This document shows, piece by piece, positions 44,558-54,416 of a stretch of 64,000 nucleotides of DNA; within the stretch, counting starts at the first letter, position 1, and every line of letters begins with the position of its first letter. The position numbers were made by a program, and so were the translations under genes. The DNA is from an uncultured Acidobacteriota bacterium (GTDB taxonomy: Bacteria; Acidobacteriota; Polarisedimenticolia; Polarisedimenticolales; JAIQFR01): assembly GCA_937864465.1 (NCBI GenBank), contig CALMJU010000070.1:9095-73094 (forward strand). Direction: 5' to 3'. The notes beneath the pieces were generated by a model. The model was not told the origin of the DNA. It saw nothing but the letters and a program-made list of their open reading frames with translations, and made no database searches.

Positions 44558-46174
44558 TCAGCGGCTGGAGAACAGCCAGGCCGTCGTCCCGCCGACCGGA
44601 GCTCTCGCGAGCGGCTCGCGCCCCCCGAGCGCATCCCGCGCCTCCCCGACGTGCTCATCCTCGACGAGGACGAACACGCGGCCGGGCGCGGCGGCGCGAA
44701 GGGCCAGCTCCTCGCGCGACCCGAGGTTCCGGATCGTCCGTCCGAGGTAGAACGAGTAGCTCGCCCTCCAGCTCCAGAAGCGGTACGAGACCAGCTCCGC
44801 CTCGGCCGGCACGATCTCGCGCACCCGCTCGCAGAACGGCCGCGCCGACTTGAGGCGGTCGACCGAGGGCAGGACGGCGACCGCCGCGGCCAGGTAGACC
44901 GCGACGACCAGGGCGAAGAGGGCGGCGGGCGCGGCGCGGGCGCGGGCCCGGCTCGCGATCGCGGCGGCGAGCGCCACGCCGCCCGCGAGAAGGACCGAGA
45001 CCAGCGTGGCCCCCGGGGCGAGGAGGTCCGGATACTCCGGGATCGCCCGCAGGAGGAGGAGCGCCGCGGCCCCGATCGCCAGGGCCGCCGCGAGCCCGTG
45101 GACGGCCATCGCGGGCAGGGCCTCTTTCCGATCGAGCCGGCCCGCGAGGAGCCGGTCGGCGAGCTTCGACACGAGGATCGCGACGGCCGGGGCCGCGGGG
45201 AGCATGTACGCGCTGCGCTTGCTCGCGGAGAGTGAGAAAAAGACGAGCACGCACGCCAGCCAGAGCCAGGCGAGGAGGTCGAGACGCCGCTCCCCCTCGT
45301 CGCGCCCCCGCAGCCGGGCCGCGAGCGGAGCGAACCAGGACCACGGGGCGAAGTCGATCCAGTAGTAGTAGAGGTAGTACCACCACGGCCCGGGGTGGTC
45401 GAAGCCCTGGACGTACCGCGTCGCGCTCTGCCGGAGGACCGCCTCGCGCAGGAAATCCGTGCGGCCGTCCGCCAGAAGGGCTGCCGCCCACGGGAGCGGG
45501 ACGGCGACTGCGATCGCGGCGCCCGCGATCGTAGCCGGGCCGAGCGCGGCGCGCAGGCGCCGAGTGGCGGCGAGGTAGGCCGCGAGCACCAGGGCCGGGC
45601 ACGCCCATGCCACCGGACCCTTCGCCAGGAACCCGAGCCCGGCCGCCAGGCCGCCGAGCGCCCATCCCCGCCACGCCGGCCGGCCGCCGTCCACCGCGCG
45701 CAGGACGGCGAGCAGCGCCGCGAGCGTGGAGACCGCCACGAGCAGGTCCATCTGGACCGCTCGCGAGTTCCACCACCAGGCCTCGGTGGTCGCGAGGAGC
45801 GCCGCGGCGATCCTCGCCCGTCCCCGGCCCGCGTACGGGAGGACCAGGAGGTAGAGGAGGAGAACTCCTCCCACGCCCACGAGCGCTACGGGGAGCCGGA
45901 GCGCAGTCTCGTCCACGCCGCCGAGCAGGCGGGACGCGGCGAGCGCCGCCCAGAAGTAGAGCGGGGGCTTCTCGGCGAACGTCGCGCCGTTGACGGTCGG
46001 GACGAGCCAGGCGCCGCGCCGGTCCATCTCGGCGACGGCCTGGCCGTAGGTCGGCTCGTTCGGCTGCCACAGGTCCCTCGACCCGAGGGAAACGAGAAAG
46101 AGGACCGCGGAGCCGGCGGCGATGAGGAGGAGATCTCGGCGGATTGCGGAGCGCGAGGGGCGCGAGCCGCTCAC
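44558..46174 (-). CDS. ArnT-like (GT83/GT39) lipid-to-lipid glycosyltransferase
   Basis: LWQPNEPTY, WLVPTVNG, EKPPLYFW, LRLP, LAKGPV, HPGPWWYY and SKRSAYMLP. Confidence 0.88.
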   Translation of the reverse strand: MSGSRPSRSAIRRDLLLIAAGSAVLFLVSLGSRDLWQPNEPTYGQAVAEMDRRGAWLVPTVNGATFAEKPPLYFWAALAASRLLGGVDETALRLPVALVGVGGVLLLYLLVLPYAGRGRARIAAALLATTEAWWWNSRAVQMDLLVAVSTLAALLAVLRAVDGGRPAWRGWALGGLAAGLGFLAKGPVAWACPALVLAAYLAATRRLRAALGPATIAGAAIAVAVPLPWAAALLADGRTDFLREAVLRQSATRYVQGFDHPGPWWYYLYYYWIDFAPWSWFAPLAARLRGRDEGERRLDLLAWLWLACVLVFFSLSASKRSAYMLPAAPAVAILVSKLADRLLAGRLDRKEALPAMAVHGLAAALAIGAAALLLLRAIPEYPDLLAPGATLVSVLLAGGVALAAAIASRARARAAPAALFALVVAVYLAAAVAVLPSVDRLKSARPFCERVREIVPAEAELVSYRFWSWRASYSFYLGRTIRNLGSREELALRAAAPGRVFVLVEDEHVGEARDALGGREPLARAPVGGTTAWLFSSR

Positions 46175-48003
46175 GGCTCCGCGTCCTGGAACTGGAGGGC
46201 GTGGAGCCGGGCGTAGACGCCGCCCCGGACGAGGAGCTCGCGATGGGTCCCCTGCTCGACGATGCGCCCGGCGTCGAGGACGACGATCCGGTCCGCACGC
46301 CGCACGGTCGCCAGGCGATGCGCGATGACGAGACAGGTCCGCCCCTCCATGAGCGCGTCGAGGGCCTGCTGCACGAGCGCCTCCGACTCCGAGTCGAGCG
46401 CCGAGGTCGCCTCGTCGAGGATCAGGATCGGCGGGTCCTTGAGGATTGCCCGCGCGATCGTCAGGCGCTGCCGCTGTCCCATCGACAGCCTCGCGCCGCG
46501 CTCGCCGAGGCGCGTGTCGTACCCCTGCGGCAGCCCGAGGACGAACTCGTGCGCCTGCGCCGCGCGGCTCGCCGCGACGACGCTCTCCGCCGGAGCGTCC
46601 TCCTTCCCGTAGGCGATGTTGTTCCGCACGGTGTCGTCGAACAGGACGGTCTCCTGCGTCACGAGGCCGATCTGCGCCCTGAGCGAGCCGAGCGTCACCT
46701 CGCGGAGGTCCCGGCCGTCGATCGCGACGCGCCCCCGCGTCGGGTCGTAGAAGCGCGGCAGCAGGTTCGCGAGCGTCGTCTTCCCGGAGCCCGACGCGCC
46801 CACGAGGGCCACGACCTCGCCCTTGCGCAGCGTGAGGTCGATCCCGTCGAGCACCTTCTCCCCGTCGTACGCGAAGTCCACCCCCTCGAACCGGATCGCG
46901 TCGCGGAAGGGGGGCAGCGTCGTCGCGAGGCCGGAATCCCGGATCTCGCGCTCGCGGTCCATCATGTCGAACACGCGCGTCGCGGCAGCCAGCGCCTGCT
47001 GGAACTCGACGTTCAGCTGGTTGAGCTTCCGGATCGAGATGAAGAGGACGCCCAGGGCCGTGAGGACGACCACGAAGTTCCCGGCGTCGAGCGTCCCGCG
47101 CGCGATCGCGAGTCCTGCGTAGTAGAAGAGCGCCCCTCCGGCGATCCCTCCGACGATCTCGATCACCGCCGGGGCGAGGGCCGCCGCTCGGCCCGCCTTG
47201 AGATCGGCCCTGAGCATCCGCTCGAGGGCCTCGCGGAAGCGGCCGATCTCGAACCGCTCCATGGCGAACCCCTGGACGACCTTCGCCCCGCCGACGGCCT
47301 CGGCGACGAGGCTCGCGGTCTCCGCCATCCGCTCCTGCGACGAGGTCGAGGCGCGGCGGAGGCGCCGGCCCAGGCGGATCATCGGCAGGGTGACCATCGG
47401 GAGGACGACGAGGGCGAAGAGCGTCAGGCGCCAGTCGTGGAGGAGCGCGACCAGCAGCATGAACGGGACCATCGTGCCGACCCGGACGAGGTCCGCGAGC
47501 ACCGTCGTGGTGATCCTCTGGATCCGCTGCACGTCGCTCAGGATCCTGGAGAGGATGACCCCGGTGGGGTGGGCCTGGAAGAACCGGAGCGACTGGTAGG
47601 TGATCGCCTCGTAGAGGTCCGCGCGGAGGTCCCGGATGATCCCCGCGCCGGTCTTCGTCGTCAGGTACTCGCCGAAGTAGAGGAACACGGCCCGCAGGAA
47701 GAACACGACCATCAGCAGGATCGGCACCTGCACGTAGGGCCGCTTCAGGAGCCAGGCGGACCAGCCGTCGGCGCCGAGCCAGCTCTTGGCCTTCTCCAGG
47801 ATGTCCGGCCCGGCCGGCGCGGCGGGAGCGGCCGCCGCGGCGGCGGGCGCCGCCCCCGGCAGGAGGACCTGGTTGACGAGGGGCTTGACGGTGGCTACGA
47901 CCGCCGACATCAGGGCGCCGGCCACGGCGAGCATGACGGCCGCGGCGATCATCCGGGCCACGTACGGCCGGAAGTACCCGAGGAGCCGGCGGACGGTCGC
48001 CAT
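46171..48003 (-). CDS. msbA: MsbA-like lipid ABC exporter (fused TMD-NBD)
   Basis: TM domain, GASGSGKT, LSMGQRQR, ILILDEATSALD and IAHRL. Confidence 0.8.
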   Translation of the reverse strand: MATVRRLLGYFRPYVARMIAAAVMLAVAGALMSAVVATVKPLVNQVLLPGAAPAAAAAAPAAPAGPDILEKAKSWLGADGWSAWLLKRPYVQVPILLMVVFFLRAVFLYFGEYLTTKTGAGIIRDLRADLYEAITYQSLRFFQAHPTGVILSRILSDVQRIQRITTTVLADLVRVGTMVPFMLLVALLHDWRLTLFALVVLPMVTLPMIRLGRRLRRASTSSQERMAETASLVAEAVGGAKVVQGFAMERFEIGRFREALERMLRADLKAGRAAALAPAVIEIVGGIAGGALFYYAGLAIARGTLDAGNFVVVLTALGVLFISIRKLNQLNVEFQQALAAATRVFDMMDREREIRDSGLATTLPPFRDAIRFEGVDFAYDGEKVLDGIDLTLRKGEVVALVGASGSGKTTLANLLPRFYDPTRGRVAIDGRDLREVTLGSLRAQIGLVTQETVLFDDTVRNNIAYGKEDAPAESVVAASRAAQAHEFVLGLPQGYDTRLGERGARLSMGQRQRLTIARAILKDPPILILDEATSALDSESEALVQQALDALMEGRTCLVIAHRLATVRRADRIVVLDAGRIVEQGTHRELLVRGGVYARLHALQFQDAEP

Positions 48004-48010
48004 CGGGAGG

Positions 48011-48019
48011 ATGCTAGCA
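48011..48019 (-). promoter_or_regulatory. Extended -10 (TGCTAGCAT) 7 nt before the msbA ATG, a leaderless signature
   Basis: Minus strand reads gTGcTAGCAT-cctcccg-ATG with no SD. Confidence 0.5.
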
Positions 48020-48048
48020 CGCGGCGCGGCCGGGACCGCGCCCGCGCG

Positions 48049-48477
48049 TCAGCCGATCAGGTCCACGCCGCCGAAGAAGTAGGCGATCTCGAAGGCCGCC
48101 GTCTCGGGCGCATCCGAGCCGTGCACGACGTTGCGCTCGACCGAAGTGGCGAGCTCCTTGCGGAGCGTGCCGGGGGCGGCGCTCGCGGGGTTCGTCGCCC
48201 CCATGACCTCGCGCCACTTCGCGATCGCGTCCTCCCGCTCGAGGACCATCACGACCGCCGGCCCCGAGGACATGAAGGCCGTGAGGCTCGCGAAGAACGG
48301 CTTCCCCCGGTGGACCGCATAGAACCCCTCGGCCTCCGCCTTCGAGAGGCGCGCCGACCGGATCGCGGCGATGCGGAACCCCTCCGCCTCGATCCGCGAG
48401 ACTACCTTCCCCACGACCCGCTGCTCGACGCCGTCCGGCTTGACGATCGCGAGTGTCCGCTGCACCTGCTGCGCCAT
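48049..48477 (-). CDS. ndk: Nucleoside diphosphate kinase
   Basis: [22 protein letters not shown] and NVVHGSD. Confidence 0.97.
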   Translation of the reverse strand: MAQQVQRTLAIVKPDGVEQRVVGKVVSRIEAEGFRIAAIRSARLSKAEAEGFYAVHRGKPFFASLTAFMSSGPAVVMVLEREDAIAKWREVMGATNPASAAPGTLRKELATSVERNVVHGSDAPETAAFEIAYFFGGVDLIG

Positions 48478-48517
48478 GTGATCTCCCGAACGGCCGGCCG
48501 CGGGGGCCGGCCCGACG

Positions 48518-49387
48518 TCACCGGAGCGCCTTCTTCAGGGTCTCCCCGATCGCGGCCGGCGTCTCGACGACGCGGATGCCGGCCTCCCGGAGCGCCTTCA
48601 TCTTCTCCGCGGCGGTTCCCTTGCCGCCGGAGATGATCGCACCGGCGTGCCCCATGCGCCGCCCGGGGGGCGCCGTCTGCCCGGCGATGAAGGCGACGAC
48701 CGGCTTGCGGACGCGGGCCTTCACGAACTCGGCCGCGTCCTCCTCGGCGGTGCCCCCGATCTCGCCGATCATCACGACCGCCTCGGTCTTGGGGTCGGCC
48801 TCGAAGAGCGCCAGCATGTCGATGAAGTTCGTCCCCGGAATCGGATCGCCGCCGATCCCGACGCAGGTGGACTGCCCGATCCCGAGGCGCGTCAGCTGGT
48901 CCACGGCCTCGTAGGTGAGAGTCCCCGAGCGGGAGACGACGCCGACCGGCCCCGGCCGGTGGATGTGCCCCGGCATGATCCCGATCTTGCACTCGCCCGG
49001 CGTGATGATCCCCGGGCAGTTCGGGCCGATGAGCCTGGTCCTGCGCCCCTCGAGGTACGCCATCACCTTGACCATGTCGAGCGTCGGGATCCCCTCGGTG
49101 ATGCACACGACGAGGGGGATCTCCGCGGCGGCGGCTTCCTGGACCGCGTCCGCCGCGAACGGCGGGGGGACGAAGATCACGCTCGCGTTCGCCCCGGTCT
49201 CGCGGACGGCCCTCTCCACCGTGTCGAAGACGGGGATCCCGTCGACCGCGGTGCCCCCCTTGCCGGGGGTCACCCCCGCGACGACCTTCGTGCCGTACTC
49301 CACCGCCTTCCGCGTGTGGAACGTCCCCTCTCCGCCCGTGATCCCCTGGACGAGGAGGCGCGTCTCTTTGCCGCACAGGACCGCCAT
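48518..49387 (-). CDS. sucD: Succinyl-CoA synthetase alpha subunit
   Basis: [30 protein letters not shown] and RMGHAGA. Confidence 0.97.
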   Translation of the reverse strand: MAVLCGKETRLLVQGITGGEGTFHTRKAVEYGTKVVAGVTPGKGGTAVDGIPVFDTVERAVRETGANASVIFVPPPFAADAVQEAAAAEIPLVVCITEGIPTLDMVKVMAYLEGRRTRLIGPNCPGIITPGECKIGIMPGHIHRPGPVGVVSRSGTLTYEAVDQLTRLGIGQSTCVGIGGDPIPGTNFIDMLALFEADPKTEAVVMIGEIGGTAEEDAAEFVKARVRKPVVAFIAGQTAPPGRRMGHAGAIISGGKGTAAEKMKALREAGIRVVETPAAIGETLKKALR

Positions 49388-49389
49388 GG

Positions 49390-50613
49390 CTACCTCCCCC
49401 CCGCCGCGGCGACGACCTTCTCCGCCGCGTCCTTCATTCCGTCCGCGACGAGGAACGTCAGCCCCGACTCGCGCAGGATCTCGCGGCCGCGCTCGACGTT
49501 CGTCCCCTCGAGCCGGACGACCATCGGGACCTTGACGCCGACCTTCCTCGCGGCCGTCACGACCCCCTCCGCCACGACGTCGCAGCGCATGATCCCGCCG
49601 AAGATGTTCACCAGGACCGCCCGGACGTTCGCGTCCTTCATCAGGATCTCGAACGCCGCCGTGACGGCCTCCACCGTCGCGCCCCCTCCGACGTCGAGGA
49701 AGTTCGCCGGGCTCCCGCCGTGGTGCTTGATGATGTCCATGGTGCCCATCGCGAGCCCCGCCCCGTTCACCATGCAGCCGACGCTCCCGTCGAGCTTGAT
49801 GTAGTTGAGGCCGTGCTTCGACGCCTCGATCTCCAGCGGATCCTCCTCGCCGAGGTCCCGGAGCTCCGCGATGTCGTGGTGCCGGTAGAGCGCGTTGTCG
49901 TCGAAGTTCATCTTGGCGTCGAGCGCGATCACCCTGCCGTCGGTCGTCACGATCAGGGGGTTGATCTCGGCGAGCGAGGCGTCGGTCCGGACGAACGCCT
50001 CGTGGAGCGACGCCACGAGCTTCGACGCCGGGTTCACGAGCTTCGCCTCGAACCCGAGGCCGAAGGCGAGGCTCCTTCCGATCCACGGGGAGTACCCCGC
50101 GCGCGGGTCCACGGCCGCCTTGAGGATCGCCTCGGGCCGGGTCGCCGCGACCTCCTCGATCTCCGTTCCCCCCTCGGCGCTTGCGATGAACGTCAGGGAG
50201 CGGATCGCGCGGTCGAGCAGGACGGCGAGGTAGAACTCCTTGGAGATCTCCATCCCCTCCTCGACCAGGACCCGGCCGACCCGCCGTCCCTCCGGGCCGC
50301 TCTGCTTCGTGACGAGGACGTTGCCGAGCATCCGGGAGGCGATCTCCTCCACCGCTTCGGGACCGTCCACGACAACGACCCCTCCGAGAGGCTTGCTCCC
50401 GTCGGGGCGCATCACCGGCTTGCCGGTGGCGGCATCCCGGAACGTCCCCTTCCCGCGCCCCCCGGCGTGAATCTGCGCCTTGACGACGACCCGTCCCCCG
50501 AGCTTGCGGGCGATGCCGGCCGCCTCCTGCGCGGTGGCCGCGACGTCGCCCTGCGGGACCGGCACTCCGTGCCTCTTCAACACGGCTTTCGCCTGATACT
50601 CGTGGATCTTCAC
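49390..50613 (-). CDS. sucC: Succinyl-CoA synthetase beta subunit
   Basis: [39 protein letters not shown] and NIFGGI. Confidence 0.97.
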   Translation of the reverse strand: MKIHEYQAKAVLKRHGVPVPQGDVAATAQEAAGIARKLGGRVVVKAQIHAGGRGKGTFRDAATGKPVMRPDGSKPLGGVVVVDGPEAVEEIASRMLGNVLVTKQSGPEGRRVGRVLVEEGMEISKEFYLAVLLDRAIRSLTFIASAEGGTEIEEVAATRPEAILKAAVDPRAGYSPWIGRSLAFGLGFEAKLVNPASKLVASLHEAFVRTDASLAEINPLIVTTDGRVIALDAKMNFDDNALYRHHDIAELRDLGEEDPLEIEASKHGLNYIKLDGSVGCMVNGAGLAMGTMDIIKHHGGSPANFLDVGGGATVEAVTAAFEILMKDANVRAVLVNIFGGIMRCDVVAEGVVTAARKVGVKVPMVVRLEGTNVERGREILRESGLTFLVADGMKDAAEKVVAAAGGR

Positions 50614-50638
50614 TCCCGTTCCTCCCTGTGAACGGCGC

Positions 50639-50647
50639 AGTATAGCA
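50639..50647 (-). promoter_or_regulatory. Extended -10 (TGCTATACT) of the sucC-sucD-ndk promoter
   Basis: Minus strand, about 25 nt upstream of the sucC GTG and its GGAGG RBS. Confidence 0.55.
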
Positions 50648-50655
50648 ACCCCCTT

Positions 50656-50871
50656 GGGGTCAGACATTACCGGCGTTACCTTTGCAGGCGAAAAGGACGG
50701 AATTCCAAGGTATTCCGGAATCGATCCGGGGCCAGGTTCGGGATCTCGACGATCGGGCGACCCTCGGACAGTTCACCGACCTTACGGGAACGCGGCCCCC
50801 ATCTCTCGGCAAGAAAGATCGCGATATTGCCCTTTTTCAGGAAACAAGTAACGCCGGTAACGTCTGACCCC
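50656..50871. mobile_element. 216-bp MITE/REPIN-like element with 24-bp terminal inverted repeats
   Basis: GGGGTCAGACATTACCGGCGTTAC (50656-50679) versus GTAACGCCGGTAACGTCTGACCCC (50848-50871): 23/24 reverse-complement match. Interior is visibly AT-richer than the flanks. No target duplication seen. Confidence 0.65.
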
Positions 50872-50874
50872 GAA

Positions 50875-51531
50875 CTACCACAGCATGCGCGGGGGGAGGA
50901 GGGTGAACGAGCGGCGGTGGATGGCGCAGGGGCCTAGGCGGCGGATCGCGTCGCGGTGCGCCTCGGTCGGGTACCCCTTGTGTACCGCAAACCCGTAGCC
51001 GGGGTATTCCTCCTCGTACCTCGCCATCCGGCGGTCCCTCTCGACCTTGGCGAGGATGGAGGCGGCGGCGATCGCGTGGCACGTCGCGTCCCCGCGCACG
51101 ATCGCCTCCTGGAGGGCCTGGATCCCGGGAATCGTCCGCGCGTCCACGAGGACGATCTCGGGCGGGGCGCAGAGCGCCACGACCGCCCGCCGCATCGCCT
51201 CGAGCGACGCGCGGTAGATGTTCAGGCGGTCGATCTCGTCCGGCTCGACGACCCCGACCGCCCACGCCGACGCCGCGGTCCGGATCTCGGCGTCGAGATC
51301 CTCGCGCCTCTCGGGGGACAGCTTCTTGGAGTCGTCCACGCCCCGGACGCCGACCCCCCGCGGGAACGTCACCGCTGCGGCGACCACCGGCCCCGCGAGC
51401 GGTCCGACCCCCGCCTCGTCCACGCCGGCGACCCGCGTGTACCCCTCGGCCCAGAGCCCCCGTTCCTTCTTCAGGAGCCGCGCGAGCTTCCGTCCCGGCG
51501 TCTGCGCGCCCCGCGTCGGCCTCTCCCCCAA
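50875..51531 (-). CDS. rnhB: Ribonuclease HII
   Basis: [48 protein letters not shown] and HRRSF. Confidence 0.96.
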   Translation of the reverse strand: MGERPTRGAQTPGRKLARLLKKERGLWAEGYTRVAGVDEAGVGPLAGPVVAAAVTFPRGVGVRGVDDSKKLSPERREDLDAEIRTAASAWAVGVVEPDEIDRLNIYRASLEAMRRAVVALCAPPEIVLVDARTIPGIQALQEAIVRGDATCHAIAAASILAKVERDRRMARYEEEYPGYGFAVHKGYPTEAHRDAIRRLGPCAIHRRSFTLLPPRMLW

Positions 51532-51622
51532 CCGCCCCTCCCGCGCCCCTCCGCCGCGTCCGCCCCGGCGGCGGGCGGGAGGCGATTATAATCGGCCGGA
51601 GTCCGCACACGGGGAGGTTCCG

Positions 51623-52375
51623 ATGCACAAGGTCGTTCTCCTCCGCCACGGTCAGAGCCTCTGGAACCTCGAGAACCGGTTCACCGGCTGGACCGACCAG
51701 GACCTGTCGGACCAAGGGGTGCAGGAGGCCGAGGAGGCCGCGCGCCTCCTCGCGGAGGGGGGCTTCGGCTTCGACGTCGCGCATACGTCGGTCCTGAAGC
51801 GCGCGATCCGCACGCTCTGGATCGTTCTCGACCGGCTCGACCTCATGTGGATCCCGGTGCACCGGAGCTGGCGCCTCAACGAGCGGATGTACGGCGCGCT
51901 CCAGGGGCTCGACAAGGGGGAGACCGCCGCCAAGTTCGGCGAGGAGCAGGTGCAAATCTGGCGACGCAGCTACGCCACGCCCCCCCCCGGGCTGACCGAG
52001 GACGACCCCCGTTGGCCCGGCCGCGACCCGCGCTACGCCGGCCTCCGCCCGGAGGAGGTCCCGCGGACCGAGTCGCTGAAGGACACCGTCGCGAGGTTCC
52101 TCCCGTACTGGGAATCCACGATCGCCCACGACATCCGCGCCGGGAAGCGAGTCCTGATCGCCGCCCACGGCAACAGCCTGCGCGCCCTCGTCAAGCACCT
52201 CGACGGGATGTCCGAGGAGGCGATCGTGAAGCTCAACATCCCGACCGGCATCCCGCTCGTGTACGAGCTGGACTCCGACCTCCGCCCGATCCGCCACGGC
52301 TACCTCGGCGACCCCGAGAAGGCCAGGGCCGCGGCGGAGGCGGTCGCCCGCCAGGGGAAGAAGTCGGGAAGCTGA
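51623..52375 (+). CDS. gpmA: 2,3-bisphosphoglycerate-dependent phosphoglycerate mutase
   Basis: LLRHGQS.WN.ENRFTGW, WRLNER.YG, WRRSY, AHGNSLR and NIPTG. TATAAT and a GGAGG RBS upstream. Confidence 0.97.
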   Translation: MHKVVLLRHGQSLWNLENRFTGWTDQDLSDQGVQEAEEAARLLAEGGFGFDVAHTSVLKRAIRTLWIVLDRLDLMWIPVHRSWRLNERMYGALQGLDKGETAAKFGEEQVQIWRRSYATPPPGLTEDDPRWPGRDPRYAGLRPEEVPRTESLKDTVARFLPYWESTIAHDIRAGKRVLIAAHGNSLRALVKHLDGMSEEAIVKLNIPTGIPLVYELDSDLRPIRHGYLGDPEKARAAAEAVARQGKKSGS

Positions 52376-52408
52376 GGCCGCGAGACGGGCGGGTGGCGCC
52401 GCGGACGA

Positions 52409-53521
52409 TCACGCTGCCCGCAGCGTGATCCTCAGGATCTCGCTGCGGCGGGGAAATCGCATCGGCGGGCCCCAGAACCCGGTCCCCCGCGACACGAGGA
52501 GCGTCATGCCGCCGGCGCGGTACTCCCCCTCGACGCGCGGGTACGCGAGCTTCACGAGGTACCGGAACGGCCAGATCTGGCCTCCGTGCGTGTGGCCGGA
52601 GAGCATCAGGCCGACGCCGAGGTCCGCCGCTCCCTCCACCCCCTTCGGACTGTGCGAGAGGAGCACGACCGCCCCCGGCGGCCGGCCCTCGAGCGCCCTC
52701 TCGAGGAACCCGTCGTCCTCGCCCGTCTGCCGCCTCCCCGTCGGGTCGTCCACCCCCGCGAGGACGAGGCCCGGCGCGACCTCCGCGTGCGCGTCCCGCA
52801 GCACCCGGAACCCCGCCCCCTCGAGCAGCGCGAGCGAACGTCCGAGGCCCGCGTAGAACTCGTGGTTCCCGGTCACCGCGAAGACGCCGAGAGGGGCCGA
52901 CAGCCGCCGGAGGACGGGGACCAGCCCCTCGACCTTCCCGACGTCGTGGTCCACGAGGTCGCCGTTGACGACGACGAGATCGGGGCGGAGCGCGCGCACC
53001 TGCTCGATCCGCGCCGCGACCCACGATTCGCCGAGCATCGGCCCGAGGTGCAGGTCCGAGATCTGCACGAGCACGAGGCCGTCGAGCGCCGCCGGAAGCC
53101 CCGGCAGCTCGACCTCGTGACTCCTCACGGCCGGCGGCCGCGCCGCCTGGATCAGGGCGACGACCGACAGGACGCCCGCGATCGCGACCGCCGCGGTCCG
53201 GACCCTCGTCACGTGCGCGCGGAAGACAAAGCCGAACCCGGTGACGACGTCGGCGGCGAGAAGCCACGCGAGGAGGAGGAACAGCACCCCCACCCAGACC
53301 GACGCGACGACGTCGAGCGGGAACGCCGACCGCCCCAGGGAGCGGGACAGGCTCCGGACGAGCGGATAGGAGACCGCCAGCAGCGCCGTGGCCGCGACGA
53401 CCCACCTCCGCGCTCCCGTCTGCGCGATCCAGGGGAGCGACCAGACGCGCGACAGCACGTACGCGTGCATCCCGCCCCAGACGGACAGGACGATCGTCAG
53501 GAAGACGGCGAAGCGGGGCAT
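52409..53521 (-). CDS. Membrane-anchored metallophosphoesterase (YkuE/YaeI-like)
   Basis: TM N-terminus, SDLHLG, GDLVD, GNHE, LSHSP and GHTHGGQ. Confidence 0.9.
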   Translation of the reverse strand: MPRFAVFLTIVLSVWGGMHAYVLSRVWSLPWIAQTGARRWVVAATALLAVSYPLVRSLSRSLGRSAFPLDVVASVWVGVLFLLLAWLLAADVVTGFGFVFRAHVTRVRTAAVAIAGVLSVVALIQAARPPAVRSHEVELPGLPAALDGLVLVQISDLHLGPMLGESWVAARIEQVRALRPDLVVVNGDLVDHDVGKVEGLVPVLRRLSAPLGVFAVTGNHEFYAGLGRSLALLEGAGFRVLRDAHAEVAPGLVLAGVDDPTGRRQTGEDDGFLERALEGRPPGAVVLLSHSPKGVEGAADLGVGLMLSGHTHGGQIWPFRYLVKLAYPRVEGEYRAGGMTLLVSRGTGFWGPPMRFPRRSEILRITLRAA

Positions 53522-53524
53522 GGG

Positions 53525-54415
53525 CTACGCGCCTCCCCCCTCCACCGCCTCCCGGAACGCCCGCACGTGCTCCGGGGTCGTGCCGCAGCAGCCGCCGACG
53601 ATCCGGACGCCCAGGCGCAGGAGGTCGCGGACGCGGGCCGCCATGAACGCGGGGGGCTCGGGCCACACGGTCGCGCCGGCCTCGCGGCGCGGGATGCCGG
53701 CGTTCGGCTGGATCGCGACGGGGAGCGCGGTCCGCCTCCGGAATTCCGCCGCGATCTCGACCATCGCGCCGGAGCCCTGGCCGCAGTTCGAGCCCAGGGC
53801 GGCCGCCCCCGCCTCCTCGAGCGCACGGCACGCCTCCTCGATTCCGGTCCCCATGATCGTGAAGAACCCTCGCGGCGTCCGGTCGAAGGTCATCGTCGCG
53901 ACGACCGGGACGGCGGGCATCGCCTCGCGCGCCGCGCGGACGGCGATCGCGGCCTCCGAGACGTCGGTCATCGTCTCTACGATCACGGCGTCGACCCCCG
54001 CCTCGGCGAGGACGCGCATCGTCGTCGAGAAGCTCTCCCGGACCTCGCCTGGGGAGACGTCCCCCCAGGGCTCGAGGAGACGACCGCAGGGGCCGCACGA
54101 GCCGTACACCAGCGCCTCCTCCCCCGCGCCCCTCCGCGCGCACTCGACCGCCCGGAGGACGATCTCCCGCGTCCGGGCCTCGAGGCCGTACGCGGCGAGC
54201 TTCAGCGGAGAAGCGCCAAAGGTGTTCGCCTGGACGAGGTCGGCCCCGGCCTCGGTGTAGAGCCGCGCGATCTCCTCGAGAGCCTCCGGCCGTTCGAACG
54301 CGAACGTCTCCGGGCACGCCCCCGCCTCGAGACCGCGGGCCATGAGCATCGTCCCGATCGCGCCGTCGGCGAGCAGGACCTCGCCGGCCGCGAGGCGCTC
54401 CGAGACGCCGCGCAC
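53525..54415 (-). CDS. Stand-alone homocysteine S-methyltransferase domain (MetH Hcy module)
   Basis: DGAIGT, EAGAD, NTFG, ETM, GSNC, PNAGIP and GGCCGTTPEH Zn ligands. Confidence 0.92.
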   Translation of the reverse strand: MRGVSERLAAGEVLLADGAIGTMLMARGLEAGACPETFAFERPEALEEIARLYTEAGADLVQANTFGASPLKLAAYGLEARTREIVLRAVECARRGAGEEALVYGSCGPCGRLLEPWGDVSPGEVRESFSTTMRVLAEAGVDAVIVETMTDVSEAAIAVRAAREAMPAVPVVATMTFDRTPRGFFTIMGTGIEEACRALEEAGAAALGSNCGQGSGAMVEIAAEFRRRTALPVAIQPNAGIPRREAGATVWPEPPAFMAARVRDLLRLGVRIVGGCCGTTPEHVRAFREAVEGGGA

Positions 54416-54416
54416 G

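Noticed and set aside
50643-50661. Resemblance of TAGCAACCCCCTTGGGGTC to the start of the T7 terminator (vector contamination)
   Set aside because: Only a short partial match. The rest of the T7 terminator is absent and the sequence is explained by the promoter/IR junction.
50654-50867. Small ORFs (65 and 61 aa) inside the inverted-repeat element
   Set aside because: No RBS, no recognisable motif and atypical codon usage.
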